Part shown: positions 42,801-54,299 of the stretch, one piece after another | How the letters are laid out: each line of letters opens with the position of its first letter | Position numbering within the stretch: position 1 is the first letter of the stretch | Assembly (NCBI GenBank): GCA_051294905.1 | Contig: CM119372.1 | Coordinates: 27,158,001 to 27,222,000, forward strand | Origin: Botryllus schlosseri | Taxonomy: Eukaryota | Direction of reading: 5' to 3' | Length of the DNA: 64,000 nt | Made by a program: the position numbers and the translations under genes | Notes under the pieces: model-generated | What the model was told of the DNA's origin: nothing | Databases searched by the model: none | The model's input: the letters and a program-made list of their open reading frames with translations, nothing else

Positions 42801-45800
42801 TTATGCGATCGCGAAGTATAAGTAATGTAAGTCGAACTTGTTTTCAAAATACCTTCAATTTGGTAACTAAACTCTGAAATGAAACTTTGACAGAACGCCG
42901 AAGGTCAATCCCTATACTTCATAGAAATGTCGTTTCCAGCGCTTGTTATACCTTGCTCTGTATGTTTTTAAAGAATTGATACGGACATCAGGCGAGGCTG
43001 CAGCTGTCCCTTGCTGGAACGGAAAGAAAGTGTTGAAACGATAATTCTCGTTGATACAAAAGTGATAAGAGGAGAATAATTTCGATAGTACAAAACATCA
43101 CTCTCATCGCCAGATTCGAATGTTGAACATTTGAGCTCGATTCGGATTTGAGTACGTCAGTCGTGGGTGGGCAAACTGCGGCTCGCGATCCGCATGCGGT
43201 TCTTTCAGCTTTTGATTGCGGCTCTTTAACGATTGCACAATGTGTACATGCGTTTCGCCATTTTACTAGAGAGGTTTACCCGGATTATTAATCAATTCAT
43301 GCATTCTGTCGCCTTTTACCAGTATGCGTATTTTTTTGTGTGTTGTTTCTCTTCTTATGGTGTGCGCAAGACTTGTAAATTTTAGTGGCGAGAGGCACTA
43401 CAGGGTTAGACCTTTACAATTGAACACTTGAATCATGTTCATATAAACGTTTCACCCGCGACAATGGTGCCTGGTCTCAATCAATGATAAATCATTGTGT
43501 TCAACAATAAGCTTGATAAGAAATCACGCCAGCGCAGGTCACAATCATTTCCGGGCTAGCAATGGTGAAGACGGTCATTCGTATTGTAAAGACTAGCAAT
43601 AAGTGCTGAGTGTGGCCAAGAAAATATCGTCGAGCGATAATTACAAGAAAAGAAAGAATGAACATGAAAATACAACAGTAATTTGAAACGTTGTTACGAA
43701 ACTAGACACCAAAAACTTGGCCCGAGCAATAACATTAGCGCGCTGAAATATTCCTTAAATTATCATCAGCACTTGAAGGAACTGCTCCCCACTGCTTGTT
43801 GTCATATCAGCCTGATTTCAAACTTGCAGTCCAGGTGGAGGCGCACCGTTTCACCATACGATAATAAACTTCATTCGATAGCCTACATTTCATTGTGACG
43901 TGATAAAATCATATTATTGATTTTTTGTGTTGTGGCTCTTTCAAAGTTAAGATTTTCGATATGCGACTAGTGCGTGAAACTGGCCTGCCCACCCCTACTC
44001 TATAGTAAACTATTCCCTCCCCATTATATTATATGAACGGCATGCGGTTGCAGGAATGTCGGTAGTACTGCCAACAGTTTATACCCATTTTTGTTATGTG
44101 GATTTTCGGGGACATCCATGTTTGCATACACCTAATATCGCTATCATGGGAGATTTAAACTCATTCAAGTTCAATTATGCACGAAAATAGGAAACATCCC
44201 GTTATTAAATGACAGTTTCAAGTTTCCGTTAGGCTAAGTTGGGTTTCTGCTATCAATATCTATAAGAAATTTCATTCCGGGTATCACTGAAAATGATGCA
44301 AACTGTCATACCTTCCCCTTTGTTCAGACCGACATCCAGTTCCAATTCTTCTGATCGGTGGTCATCTTGCGAGACGTGGAATTACGGTTATAAAGATTGC
44401 TTGATTGCGTAAGTACGCCTATAATGGAACCATCTGACTACCATTAACACTGGATCAATGATTACATTGGCTGGACAACCGATACAATCCAAGATTATTG
44501 GTCAAATAAAGCAATTTGATACGGGTTAATAACTTCCCGCATCGAAGGTGTGTGGTATGATTTGTAAATTTGTGACGGTCAGCCTCTGTGTACTGCAGAG
44601 CAGTTCTCAACTTTATGTACCTACCTGCAATAGTGTAGCTCGACGCATTAGAAGTGGAGTTAATAAGTCTGCATTCCTATTTATGAACCTCACAATACGT
44701 CACTGCCAAACAGAAATTTTATCATAATATATATATATATATATATATATATTGGTGTTGTTGTTGACTGTGGAATCATGGTACTAATTGGTGTTGCATG
44801 GTAAATGAATAAACCGGTTGAGCTATAAAATAGTGATAATGGCACTATACAATAGTATTTTTGACTCCATTTTCGGAAACCACTTTATATTTTATGGGGC
44901 GCTAAGCGCAATTTATCATTTCTTTGTTTCTTTTCCTGATTTTGTAATGAAAAAAGCGTGTTTGGATAAAGTAATTTAGACCAACTAGGTTTCAAATATT
45001 ACTTCGCTGTGGAATGATTTTCGATAAGTTTGAAAATTGATCTCGAAAAAATGGATAAAAACTATACTTGGATTTCACCACGGCGATTAATGAATAAAAA
45101 ATGTCAGGTGGGTCACCCTTGAAGCCATCTTTTATATGGCTTTCCCATTTATTTGTAGATAAAGTCGCGCCAGGAATATTTAAAATTAATATTACGAATG
45201 ATTGCGTTTGAAAGCAAGTGATTGCTATACCTGGTTTTGACCATGCTATACCTGGTTTTGACCCCACTTGGCTTAGTGAATGATTTTCAATTCAACATTA
45301 AGAACTTTTTCCATTCTGTAATTAGACACTATAAATCGGCCCATACAACATCGGTTAACTGTTTTATAGCCGTTACTGTCGCATGTAATGTCAAACAAAT
45401 CGAATTTAGTGGTTAGGTGAGCACGAAATAGCAACTATTAAAAATGCAATCGTTTTTCGGTTAGGGTTAAATTTTGATGAAATTTATTTTTCTGCATTTA
45501 AGATTAGACATTAGATTATACCTATTCCTAAACTAACATGTAAACCCGAAACCCAGTTGAACTATGTGGTTGATGTGACTAGGAATCACTTGTAAACAAA
45601 TTATTCACATCTTCGCAACAGCTAATTTCATTTACTATTAAGAGTATAGTGAGATGTCCGGGTCCCTCTTTCTGTATGTAACATTTTACGGTCATCATCC
45701 TCCAGATGACACCAGTTTTATTATTAGTTGTGGTTTTCATGTTTTTCTTTACTACAATTATCATTTACAATAGCTCTATAGTTTTTTTTATCGTTCTTCC

Positions 45801-48800
45801 AAATGTACCGAGCTGTACCACGGTCCAAGTTTAGGCTTTTATAAGACACTGCTCACGCGGCTTAGATGGCGAAGTCTAATCATGATCTAGTCTAATCATA
45901 ATCTCTGAATCAAGTTGTGAGTACAATTACAGGAAAAACATAAGATGTAGAATTTTGATCAAAATGTTCAATCACTGTTAGCTATCATCATTATGAGCCT
46001 ATATACGTTTTCCGGTGGGTTCGAAAGCTTCGGTGTTACGAATAGCTGCAATGGATCATGGTATACTTGGATATGTCAGTGCTTTTCTTCCCTCACTGTT
46101 TCGATAATTTGCTATGTTTGTCACAAAAAAGTAATGTTAGCCGTCGGAATGGTATCTCTCCCAACTCTGTCGGTCTATAAAATAGCTTGCTTAACCATTT
46201 ATAATTTCGAATAAAATAAAATACCAACCCTTTATGAGCGTCACACAACCGGACGTTGTAGTTCCTGAAAACAGGTTACATATTATCATTTTGAAAATAG
46301 GACAGTCTATTGCAGCATAGTTCATTCGGATTTCCCGATTTACCTTTTATAGCTGGTTCGTGGTACAGAACTTGAATATAGCTTTCAATACAACATCCAT
46401 TGTAGCAGTATATTTATTAAACTCGAAGACTTTTCGGGTGCCTCTTTTCAAGAGTTATCGGCACACTGATGGGATTTAAACAGATTTAAAAGCAAAACCA
46501 AAAAGGCAAAGTATGACGCAACAATCAAAATCACAGACCATGAAATTCGCATTGTATCAATGGCAACAATAACAAACTACGAAGTATACGGACATACGGT
46601 ACTATAGTAGCAGCACAATTTGTGAATAAACAATTACACGCACGGAACAACACGCACTAATGAGAAAGTTATAGGTTATAGAGGAAATCTTTCTGTCTGC
46701 ATAAAATAGGTTTGCTCAACTGAATAATAGTAGACTCCAACACTTTTAAATGAAACACAGACCTACCACGCGCAATGACAGTGAACTAATAGTAATAATA
46801 ATAACTAATAAATATCTGATCACCGCAGCAACTTGATTAAACATTTTTCCTAATATGTTTGACTATGATATCGATAAGTTATTATCTTACTGTAGTCTTG
46901 CCTTTTAAAATTTGATTGCCGTCGTAATAGTCCGACCGCGGAGTTCAAGCAATTCTCAGGACGTAGCCTATATTATTAAGAACTCAATTTATATTTGTAA
47001 TTGTATGGAATTTCGCGACAATACCGCGGCATGTATTCCTGTTACCTGAATATCGTCGATAACTACTTAAACTTTTACATTAGCACTTCCAAATGTGGGA
47101 CATGGGTGTTTCGCTCAATTGTTCGTTTCACACGGCAAGATAAAACGTGACCAATTTTATGTAAGTTATATCATTTGCAGATACAACTGTACCAAGGTGC
47201 CTTATCGAGACGTTAAGTCGATTCGAGAATGCAGTGCTAAGGTAAATCATTTCGTATAGTTATGCAACAGACCATCATCATCGTAAATGTTACACATAGT
47301 AAGTAGGCCAAAACATAACATCGTTTGTTTAAATGCGGAATCAAGTCCGTGAGTATCTTTCTGTAATTGCCTGAATATGCCCACTAAATGATCTGTTAGC
47401 TACTCGGTGCTCACAGCTCGCAGTGTTTTTACATAGGATACTTGGTAACGCACTGCGATTATGAAGTAGACCCTGCTAACGAGTAAAACTGTTGACGATG
47501 GCAGAATTGTTTATGAGTATGAGTATTTTTGAATTGTGGAGCAAAATGCAAGACTTCAAGAATTGCGATGCGATAAAAAGAATGGCAGGAGTCGAAACGA
47601 CTTAGTGAATTCAACCAATCAGACTTCTGCCGTTATCGACGAGTATAGTAATAAAATGGAAAAATGTGTAAAGAAATTTGAGAAATGAGAAATATGATGA
47701 GAAAGGCCCTACAAAAATACCTAAAAATGGAAGGCGGACGAGGCATCTTTCAGAGATCCATTTCGACTAAGCCGTGGACATCTCACAGCCATTTCTGCCG
47801 GTGTACTTACTACAACCTACTAGAGCAGTGGTTCCCAACCTTTTTTAGACACGCCTCCTTTATGATAGTGAAACATTTCGTGCCCCCCTCATCGTGATAT
47901 CACAAAATCCAACCGGGATACTAGCAACTCCAACAGATTTTTGATGGCATGGAAGGTTATAACTGTTGATGAGAGAATTACAAAATATGAAATTCGGTGT
48001 TTATATAGAGAAACACGCGTGAATTGGAGGTAAATCGCGCAAAGCGCGAATTTTTTTTTCAGTTGATTGTTTCTTCGCGCCCCACTTCCGAGCTTTCACG
48101 CCCCCCACTGGGAACCATTATACTAGAGGATATATGAAATCATTTTATCCATATAACAATTGATTAATCCCAGTGAATACGACTTGCACAAACTTGCATG
48201 TCTAAGGAAACTATAGAACTAGACTGATATATGTATTCGAGATAGCCCAGCGTTAGTAATGACCATGATTTTAATTGTAAGATGTGGCCAATAATGCATT
48301 TGCAATACATTGCAGGATACCAAGTGCAACATTTCAGAATGGTGCGAAGTTGGATGCCCATGCTTCTATTTTCATTGCGACGACGAAAAGGTTATTTCTG
48401 AAGACAGTGTAAGAATTGCATATTAAAATAGGAAAATGGCCTTTTGTAGAGATAAATTACACTTACTATGATGACACAAAACCTTCGGTGACCTGTCATG
48501 TAGAGCGTTAGTTCGTCGACTGTCTAAACCTGAATGGGACTACATTTAAATCGAACAGTAGGCGTTTAATATCGATGCTTCTGATGAACTATGTCAAAAA
48601 TGAAGCTACAAACATAATTCCTGTTCGCGAGATAAGGACGCATTACTTCTGCGAAAATTGGTAATCGTAATCCATGGGATATGTACCATCATAATGTTTG
48701 CTGTAGACTACTTGGTTCGTTTACATCTGTTCTAATTGGTGTTATACCAGAAACTGTCGCAAACCTGATTTGCACCATACGCGCTGGTGAAAATCGGATC

Positions 48801-49941
48801 AATCCTCGATGTTCTTTGAATTTGTCTGTTTAATGGTATTAACGGCTAATCTGACATAACCTGTCATGTTAGAGTTTATATACACATTCATCGTTTGAGG
48901 AAGGTAAATGTGTAGCAGGAGGTGTCATTGCTAAATTTGTTGCCCGTTTAAACGCCACGACGGCCGCACCCCAAAACCCGAAATTGAGGAAGGGAGCTCG
49001 GAGGGGAATTATTTCGTAAATCAAGATAAAAAGGAGTATTTCAGAGATATTTCCTCAACTGACAATGTGTTATTTAAGTGATGAAAGTGATTCTATAAAA
49101 GTGGTTTACTCAATGAGGAGGGGGCGAAACGTTTTTTTAATCTTTCCCATGCACCCATTCCCAGGATGTGGATATGCAAAACGTTGTATGCGAAAAATGT
49201 GATTATTGGTTATTCTCTCATCAAATATTTAGGTATGCGACGGGTACAAGGATTGCTCATCTGGGTCTGATGAATGTCAGCCGGGATGCATTGAAAGTGC
49301 ATTTTCTGACGAGAAGTCGATGATTAAAAGCACAGGAGTCCTAGTTCTGGTGTGGACATTCAGTAAGTCACTTCGAAAAATCGACCGGGCTCGAGGTATT
49401 CGGACTGGGATAGGATTTCAATGAGGCTCGATATGTCGGGTTTACCAGGTTTGAATCGCTCGGGACAAAAATATTTTACAGATTCCAAATCTTACGTAGA
49501 TGATGTTCATGCTATACTCTGCTCTACTCTACTCTGCTTACTTTGCAGGTGTTACTGCCATTTTTGGATGTACATCAGTAGTTGGATCAAATTTACATGG
49601 CCTGTTGGAGAGCCCTAATGGAATTGTCACTTCATCGCATACCACCATCAACAGACTACTCATTATGAGTTTATCCGTTGCTGATTTGCTTGTTGGGGTA
49701 GGATACGTGTATACCTACTATATGCATTTACTGTACTAGTGTATCTGGTAAATACTCAGGTATACACGATTTCCATATGCATCAAGGCCGCGGTGTTCGA
49801 AGGCATATACTGCGACGTCGATGTCGAATGGAGAACAAGCACCGCCTGTTCAATGCTAGGCGCGCTATTAATCGTCGGATCAGAGCAATCCGTGTTTACA
49901 ATGGTTCTGATAACGATACATCGACTGCATGCTGTCATGAG
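12810..49941 (+). CDS. LDLa-repeat-containing rhodopsin-class GPCR (GRL101/RXFP/LGR-related 7TM, no LRRs seen); 18 exons, 3'-incomplete (ends after TM3)
   Basis: Exons read by hand: 12810-12867, 17555-17648, 19067-19209, 27519-27609, 29449-29591, 30033-30126, 30786-30934, 36039-36074, 36846-37004, 37064-37103, 41664-41707, 42574-42673, 44328-44408, 47181-47241, 48316-48408, 49233-49362, 49549-49697, 49760-49941. All junctions are AG/GT except one GC donor at 37005. Phases chain without a stop (1847 nt). Signal peptide MCWIYFLGLLMIITLPIMHA; LDLa motifs such as VCDGFLDCHDLSDECLC and VCDGYKDCSSGSDECQPGC; TM2 LSVADLLVGVY; TM3 WRTSTACSMLGALLIVGSEQSVFTMVLITIHRL. Confidence 0.88.
14383..15748 (-). 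mobile_element. Internally deleted hAT transposon containing the transposase remnant
   Basis: One end is GGACGGTACGGCAACCCTG (15748) with subterminal AATAAGGAC repeats. The degenerate opposite end near 14383 has the same AATAAGGAC motif. Confidence 0.6.
14683..15204 (-). pseudogene. Decayed hAT-superfamily transposase, N-terminal part
   Basis: Hand translation: MSKRKKVFRDGYERDF...AHCNIWNCDI...KHK...AAAAEG(frameshift)WAFHTVKHQQS...IFPYSNIANKFASARTKTTSIVTGVLAPYA...PFSVLVDASN. It has a degraded BED-like finger, ARTK and FSxxxDASN motifs, three stops and one frameshift. Confidence 0.8.
15748..15840. repeat. Short imperfect hairpin
   Basis: GAATCGAATCACCCAG...CTGGGTGATTCGATTC. Confidence 0.8.
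16432..17213. mobile_element. hAT MITE with 8-bp TSD TATATAGC
   Basis: TIR TAGGGTTCTGGTTTAAATC / GATTTAAACCAGAACCCTA. Confidence 0.92.
17555..19209 (+). CDS. GPCR LDLa cassette 1 (exons 17555-17648 and 19067-19209)
   Basis: GQNCSTEEFKCRDGLNCIPVVNFCDTVMDCS|DGSDEPAQIEKIDNSLYEVCRGRSEHRSGFCELPSDLEPDRQRLCRE, with canonical splice sites. Confidence 0.9.
17721..18401. mobile_element. MITE with a duplicated left end
   Basis: GGCGGAGATAATAAAGTT ... AACTTTATTATCTCCGCCCT; the left terminus is repeated at about 17721 and 17800. Confidence 0.8.
18536..18799. mobile_element. Small TIR element with CACTCTTAG termini, flanked by TA
   Basis: TA|CACTCTTAGCGAA ... TTCACTAAGAGTG|TA. Confidence 0.75.
20237..21923. 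mobile_element. hAT non-autonomous element with CTACTT repeats and 8-bp TSD CACACGGG
   Basis: TIR CAGAGGTGGTCA / TGACCACCTCTG. A partial second copy lies at about 26052-26320. Confidence 0.92.
20880..20950 (-). mobile_element. tRNA-like (SINE head) segment inside the hAT element
   Basis: The reverse strand reads TAGCGTAGTGG (A box) and GGTTCGATTCCC (B box), but the acceptor stem does not pair well. Confidence 0.6.
22599..25648. mobile_element. hAT element with GATTAC repeats and 8-bp TSD ATCTGCCC
   Basis: TIR CAGACATG / CATGTCTG with an exact TSD. Confidence 0.88.
24081..25063. mobile_element. hAT MITE with 8-bp TSD GTACGTAC
   Basis: TAGGGATGGTGTGAAC / GTTCACACAATCCCTG with an exact TSD. 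Confidence 0.92.
26616..27038. mobile_element. hAT-type MITE
   Basis: CAGGGGCACGCGAC...CGGCC start and GTTGCCCGCCCCTG end. Confidence 0.6.
27105..27304. mobile_element. MITE end with GGAGTC repeats
   Basis: (GGAGTC)n arrays ending CCGACTTCAAAGCCCTG. Confidence 0.65.
27519..29591 (+). CDS. GPCR LDLa cassette 2 (exons 27519-27609 and 29449-29591)
   Basis: MECSKEEFACRDGSMCIPVLHFCDTMKNCI|DESDEPRTYPMTENTLVNICRGRSEDQSGYCILPSDLEHDRLRLCRN. Paralogous to cassette 1, with the same 143-bp second exon. Confidence 0.9.
30033..30934 (+). CDS. GPCR LDLa cassette 3 (exons 30033-30126 and 30786-30934)
   Basis: STSCSPGEYACRDGSSCLHVSYFCDGFPSCK|DRSDEPRPLLDADSAGRLCMGRELSGTKPHPYCRLRDEEICDGLSICSN, with donors GTGAGC and GTAAGA. 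Confidence 0.9.
32474..32887. mobile_element. hAT-type MITE
   Basis: AGTGGTTTCCAAC ... GTTGAGAACCACTG termini. Confidence 0.7.
33465..35788. mobile_element. Fold-back element with diverged TIRs of about 600 bp and 8-bp TSD CGCGCATA
   Basis: About 33465-34075 is the reverse complement of about 35155-35788; termini GGGCTGTTCAAAAAA / TTTTTTGAACAGCCC. Confidence 0.88.
36039..37103 (+). CDS. GPCR exons 36039-36074, 36846-37004 and 37064-37103 (LDLa module plus linker)
   Basis: DVDECFCGDNSE|GHIDNGCFRCLSNPTQIIGVSSVCDGFLDCHDLSDECLCQAAERPKICERMKW|GMLNATENRSSHL. Confidence 0.8.
37602..38273. mobile_element. hAT MITE with 8-bp TSD GCCTAACC, inserted in a CCTAA-repeat element (about 37470-38435)
   Basis: TIR CAGGGGTCGCCA / TGGTGACCCCTG with an exact TSD. 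Confidence 0.9.
38450..40160. mobile_element. hAT element with GAGTCAAGTC repeats and 8-bp TSD CCCATAGC
   Basis: TIR CAGTGTTGGGAT / ATCCCAACACTG. Confidence 0.93.
39072..39783. mobile_element. Nested hAT MITE with 8-bp TSD GATTAATC
   Basis: CAGGGTCGGCCAACC / GGTTGACCAGCCCTG with an exact TSD. Confidence 0.92.
40310..40985. mobile_element. hAT MITE with 8-bp TSD CTTTAGTT; shorter relative at about 47826-48118
   Basis: TIR CAGTGGTTCTCAA / TTGAGAACCACTG. Confidence 0.92.
43158..43996. mobile_element. hAT-type MITE
   Basis: GGGTGGGCAAACTGCGGCTC ... CCTGCCCACCCCTA. Confidence 0.65.
44727..44752. repeat. (AT)n microsatellite
   Basis: About 13 AT units. Confidence 0.9.
48316..49941 (+). CDS. GPCR juxtamembrane LDLa module and TM1-TM3 exons (48316-48408, 49233-49362, 49549-49697, 49760-49941)
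   Basis: FHCDDEKVISEDS|VCDGYKDCSSGSDEC...GVLVLVWTF|SVTAIFGC...INRLLIMSLSVADLLVG|VYTISICIK...WRTSTACSMLG...SEQSVFTMVLITIHRLHAVM. The pattern is typical of the RXFP/GRL101 7TM domain. Confidence 0.92.
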
Positions 49942-50538
49942 GTTTGAATAGACACAGTGGTGTCGCCACATAAAGGCGGCAATGTGGTGTGAAATACTAT
50001 TGCGTTCTCAGCCGTTGGAAATTGGGCAATCCAATTAGTTAGTCATCTGCTAATTGGATCCATACAAAATATAGTAAGATATGCTATGACTAGAATACCA
50101 CGTGAATTCTACTGCGCAGCCACTATTTTCACTATTGATGACAGTTACCTCCGATAGTATAATCGGTAAGTTTCCCAATCCGACTCTGACCCTGTTTTAT
50201 TGAAGGACATTTGTAATCCCACCCGACTTCTAGTCGCGATCGCTGGAATTAGTATGATTTTCGTTCACAAAACTGAATATGCACAAAGTAAATTGAAGGA
50301 ATTTTATCGTTGTTTTCGTTGGAAGGAAATGAAACGTCAATGCTGCAAGAATATGGTTAGCAATGCATGGATCCTCAGCCCCATTCTGGGTCAGTCCAAA
50401 ATCTGCTAAGTCCCACCCAGGTGCACCATGGCGTCGGATTTATGCTGCACACAACTAGGTTGTTTAAGGAATTATTTTCATACGGGGTTGAAGTCATGAT
50501 GCGATATTGAACATGCAATAATGACTATTAGCCTATAT

Positions 50539-50910
50539 CAGAGGCGGCCAACCAGTGGCCCGCGAGGTAATTCACGAAATTAGTCATATCAAAAAAATAC
50601 CCGGATAATTCATTGTGAAGTTGCAAGGCCAACCAAAGTTTGGTAGCCTGACCGCAAAATTTGGGATGTTGATGACTAAGATATCTGTTCCGATACGTTT
50701 TCGTAGCAAGGGGCCAGCCACATTTTTCGTAGATCTTTCTATATGACCGCAGAGTAGAATATTTCTTGGAATATTTGTTTGACCTGATATTTTTCTTAGC
50801 ACATGTCGCGATTTATCGTCACTCGAAGTCTTGATTTTAGTATTACCTAGTAATACCTACAATTCACAGAATTGAGTCGAGCTATATTCACAATTATGAG
50901 ACAACACGTC
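50539..50910 (+). mobile_element. Left part of a MITE of the 39072-39783 family, interrupted at 50910
   Basis: Colinear with 39072-39495 (GTGGCCCGCGAGGTAATT...GTAGATCTT...GTCACTCGA...ATTGAGTC...GAGACAA), after which homology ends abruptly. Confidence 0.85.
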
Positions 50911-51963
50911 AGTAGTAGGATAAAGCAATTTTGTTGCCGGCCAATCCCAGAAGGCCACGTCGCCTTAATTGCCACGCCTACATTGCCACATCATCCGCCC
51001 ATTGCCACATCATCTGCTACGTCATCAGCCGCGGGCATTGCCACATCCAATGTATATTTGTATTAGTGAAATGCGTCTTGATAATATTAGTCAGATTTTC
51101 TATTATGTGTATTTAGGACTATGTATTTAAATTCCTATTCAGATTATACATAAATGCGAAAACTATGATGTATATGCAAGGCTATATTCTCCGGATAATA
51201 TTATTAATATCAAAATTCTACACATCATCACTAATTACTTAATATAAAATGCGATTTTGAGCGCTGCGACTTGATAATATGAATCTCTACGCTTCTGATG
51301 CATGATTTTTTGCGATAAGGACCTAGGTAACATTCAGAGTCTGCAACGATTGTTTGGATATACATTATAGCAATACCCCACTAAACTATAGGCGGTTATA
51401 TTACTCTATTGGTCAGAGATAACTCATCCGTCCATATTTTTAAACTTGATTTTATGTATACAAGTTACGGTCTCTGCAGCCTCCACATTTTACGACTTAT
51501 TTTTATTAGACGCAGGCAAGCGGTTCTCCAGTTCGTAGCTACGGAAACAAATCACTCGCATGTGCGCGTTCCGAATAGTCTTGTAGAATTTTCTAAAGTC
51601 GTAACAGCTTAGCAGCATATACGCGAATCCCCAGGCGAAAATAATCGAACGAACTATAGCCGCAGGCGTGCGATTCGCAGGGCTTTAATTATATAAACAC
51701 TTTCGATACCTGTACGCGAACCCCAGCGTTATAACGATTGCTATAATTAAACGAACACCTTCGCGGCAGGTACGCGATCCCCGACGTTATAATGATAGGG
51801 ACAAATTAGCCGCATGAAAGCGAGTCTAATGAATATAACGACAGACAACAAGTTAGTTGAAAAGTAAAACTAATCGTGACCGACGCAAGACGGTGTGAAA
51901 CAGCGCTTTCGCTCGATTCTTTCTTGACATATAATATACTGAGCATATAAAAAGCTGGCAAAA

Positions 51964-52410
51964 CCTATACTTGAGTACTCCGAAATGTACAAGTACTTTA
52001 CCTTTACACGACGTTTTTGTAAAATGAATACTAATTTCAATGAAAAATAAAAAAATATGTACTCAAGTAGGTTTTTGTCTACACGCACCAACTACTCAAG
52101 TGTTTATGACACAGGAATGATTCATGAATTATAGCGCAAGCAGGCCAAATCTATACTTGAGTACTCCAAAATGTAAAAGTACTTCCACCTATACTTGAGT
52201 AGTCCGAAATGTACAAGTACTTTACCTTTACACGACGTTTTGTAAAATGAATACTAATTTCAATGAAAAATAAAAAATTATGTACTCAAGTAGGTTTTTG
52301 TCTACACGCACCAACTACTCAAGTGTTTATGACACAGGAATGATTCATTAAGTATAGCGCAAGCAGGCCAAATCTATACTTGAGTACTCCAAAATGTACA
52401 AGTACTTCGC
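51964..52410 (+). repeat. Tandem duplication of about 224 bp built on a CTATACTTGAGTACTCC motif
   Basis: Units start at about 51964 and 52188. Further local duplications at about 52460/52641 and 52885/53085. Confidence 0.85.
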
Positions 52411-54299
52411 TATGTACTCTCTCCACGTAAAAAGTGACTAGGTTTTAGACTACTTTATCGATTTTCGATGTTGCGCAAATACCGCAAACTTTGCTTGCTT
52501 TCAGAGCTGGCAACTAAATGCAAGACAGACTTAAGTTTGGATGCGGCATATTTAGGTTTTTAAAAATTATTCATACCCATGTTTCGAAATATTGTTAACT
52601 AACTTATGTTTTCGATATAAGATAAGCGTGAAGTGTACAAATTTCGATGTTGTGCAAATACCACAAACTTTGCTTGCTTTCAGAGCCGACAACTAAATGC
52701 AAGACAGACTTCACGCAAAAGTTGATATTCTGAAAATTTTGGCTAGTTAATAGTTTAAAAACTTATACTTCAGCACTACGAAATGTACAAGTACTTTACC
52801 TATACACGACGTTTTTGTAAAATGAATACTAATTTTAAGAAAAAATAAAAAAAAGAGCGAAAAACTACCTTTTATCACGCTAATCCCCACCGTGAAACTT
52901 GGTACGCAGTTGTAGGACAATATGAAAATACACCATACCAAATTTCGTCAGACATTTCATGATGTAACACCTTTAAAACCAACGCAGTTCTATACCGACT
53001 TTTGGCCTAATCTGTTTTCCGTAACGCAGCACGTACGTATACATAGACAACTTTAAAACGGAATTACCATGTTAATAATCGACTCCCCCACCTTGAAACT
53101 CGGTACGCAGTTGTAAGACATTATGACAATGTACCATATTAAATTTTGTTACGCATTTCATGATTAAACAACTTTAAAACTAACGCAGTTCTATACCGAC
53201 ATTTGCGTGAATCTGTTTTGCGGGAGCGTAGCACATACCTATACTTCGGATTTTGTATAGTATATACTAATTTTACATTGCGGGGTATTCAGTAAACTTT
53301 AATCCAGTGATCCTCCATCTATTTTCAATCACGCTCCTCTTATTAGTCTAGGCTTCCAACCCCACATCCAGTACGTATTTACCTACTAAGTACCTATTTC
53401 CGACTAAGTAAAACGTCAGTATTCCAGGTATTTTCTGCTTAATTCTGAAACTATAATGGATTTGAAGCAGTACAATATCATAAACACTTGAGAATATTTG
53501 CTGCATGTAGGTAAAAAACGTACTTGAGTACTCGGAAGAAGTCGATACTTACTTGTTTAGCCGCTCGGACATCATCACTTATTGTACTTTACTAGAAATT
53601 TACTGCTGATAAATGAGTGTAATACCACGAAGTGAGACTTCGAAACTATATCGTCAGTTCTCCGGGACCAAATATCGTGTTAAGTGTTAAGTTGTTGTAT
53701 TATGTAGCTATAGTAATTGGTACACGTAAGCTCAGGATCGAACCAACTTGTGTTAACTTGCGTTATTATGTACCTAGTAATTGATGCGAGTAATCCCGCA
53801 ACTGATGCTGTTCAATGCCTTTACTGCGTTCTTACCAAGCACCTAGACAGCCCCAAGCAATATTTTTAGATTCAAATATAGCGTATCGAGTACTTTTTCT
53901 CAACTGTAATAAAAACTTTTAGACTCCGGATTTTGTGTAGTAGGCTATATACTAATTTACAATACCGCATTTGTAATTCGCGCAAGTACAGGAATATCAT
54001 AGTTCTTGTAAGAAAGTTGTCTGCGCACAATATATGTTAATCATAAGTCCTACAAATTCATGATTTCGTCCTAGTTTAAGTTTTAGAAAATATTATACCG
54101 ACATCGCGACATCTTTCAAAAACAAAACCATGATCAAGGATTGAAAGATAATTTTTGCTATTTTTCATTGACATAAGTCATTCTGGAACGCGAAAACGCA
54201 TTGTACGATATAGATGAAACTTAAGCAAATCCTAGGATCCTCATTTCCAAAGTAGCTTAGATCTCGAAATAAGCTTTGACTCGCTATTCTCCTCAAGCC

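Noticed and set aside
47436..47700. Coding-looking purine-rich stretch in a GPCR intron
   Set aside because: In-frame stops, no phase-compatible splice sites, and the flanking exons already join in frame.
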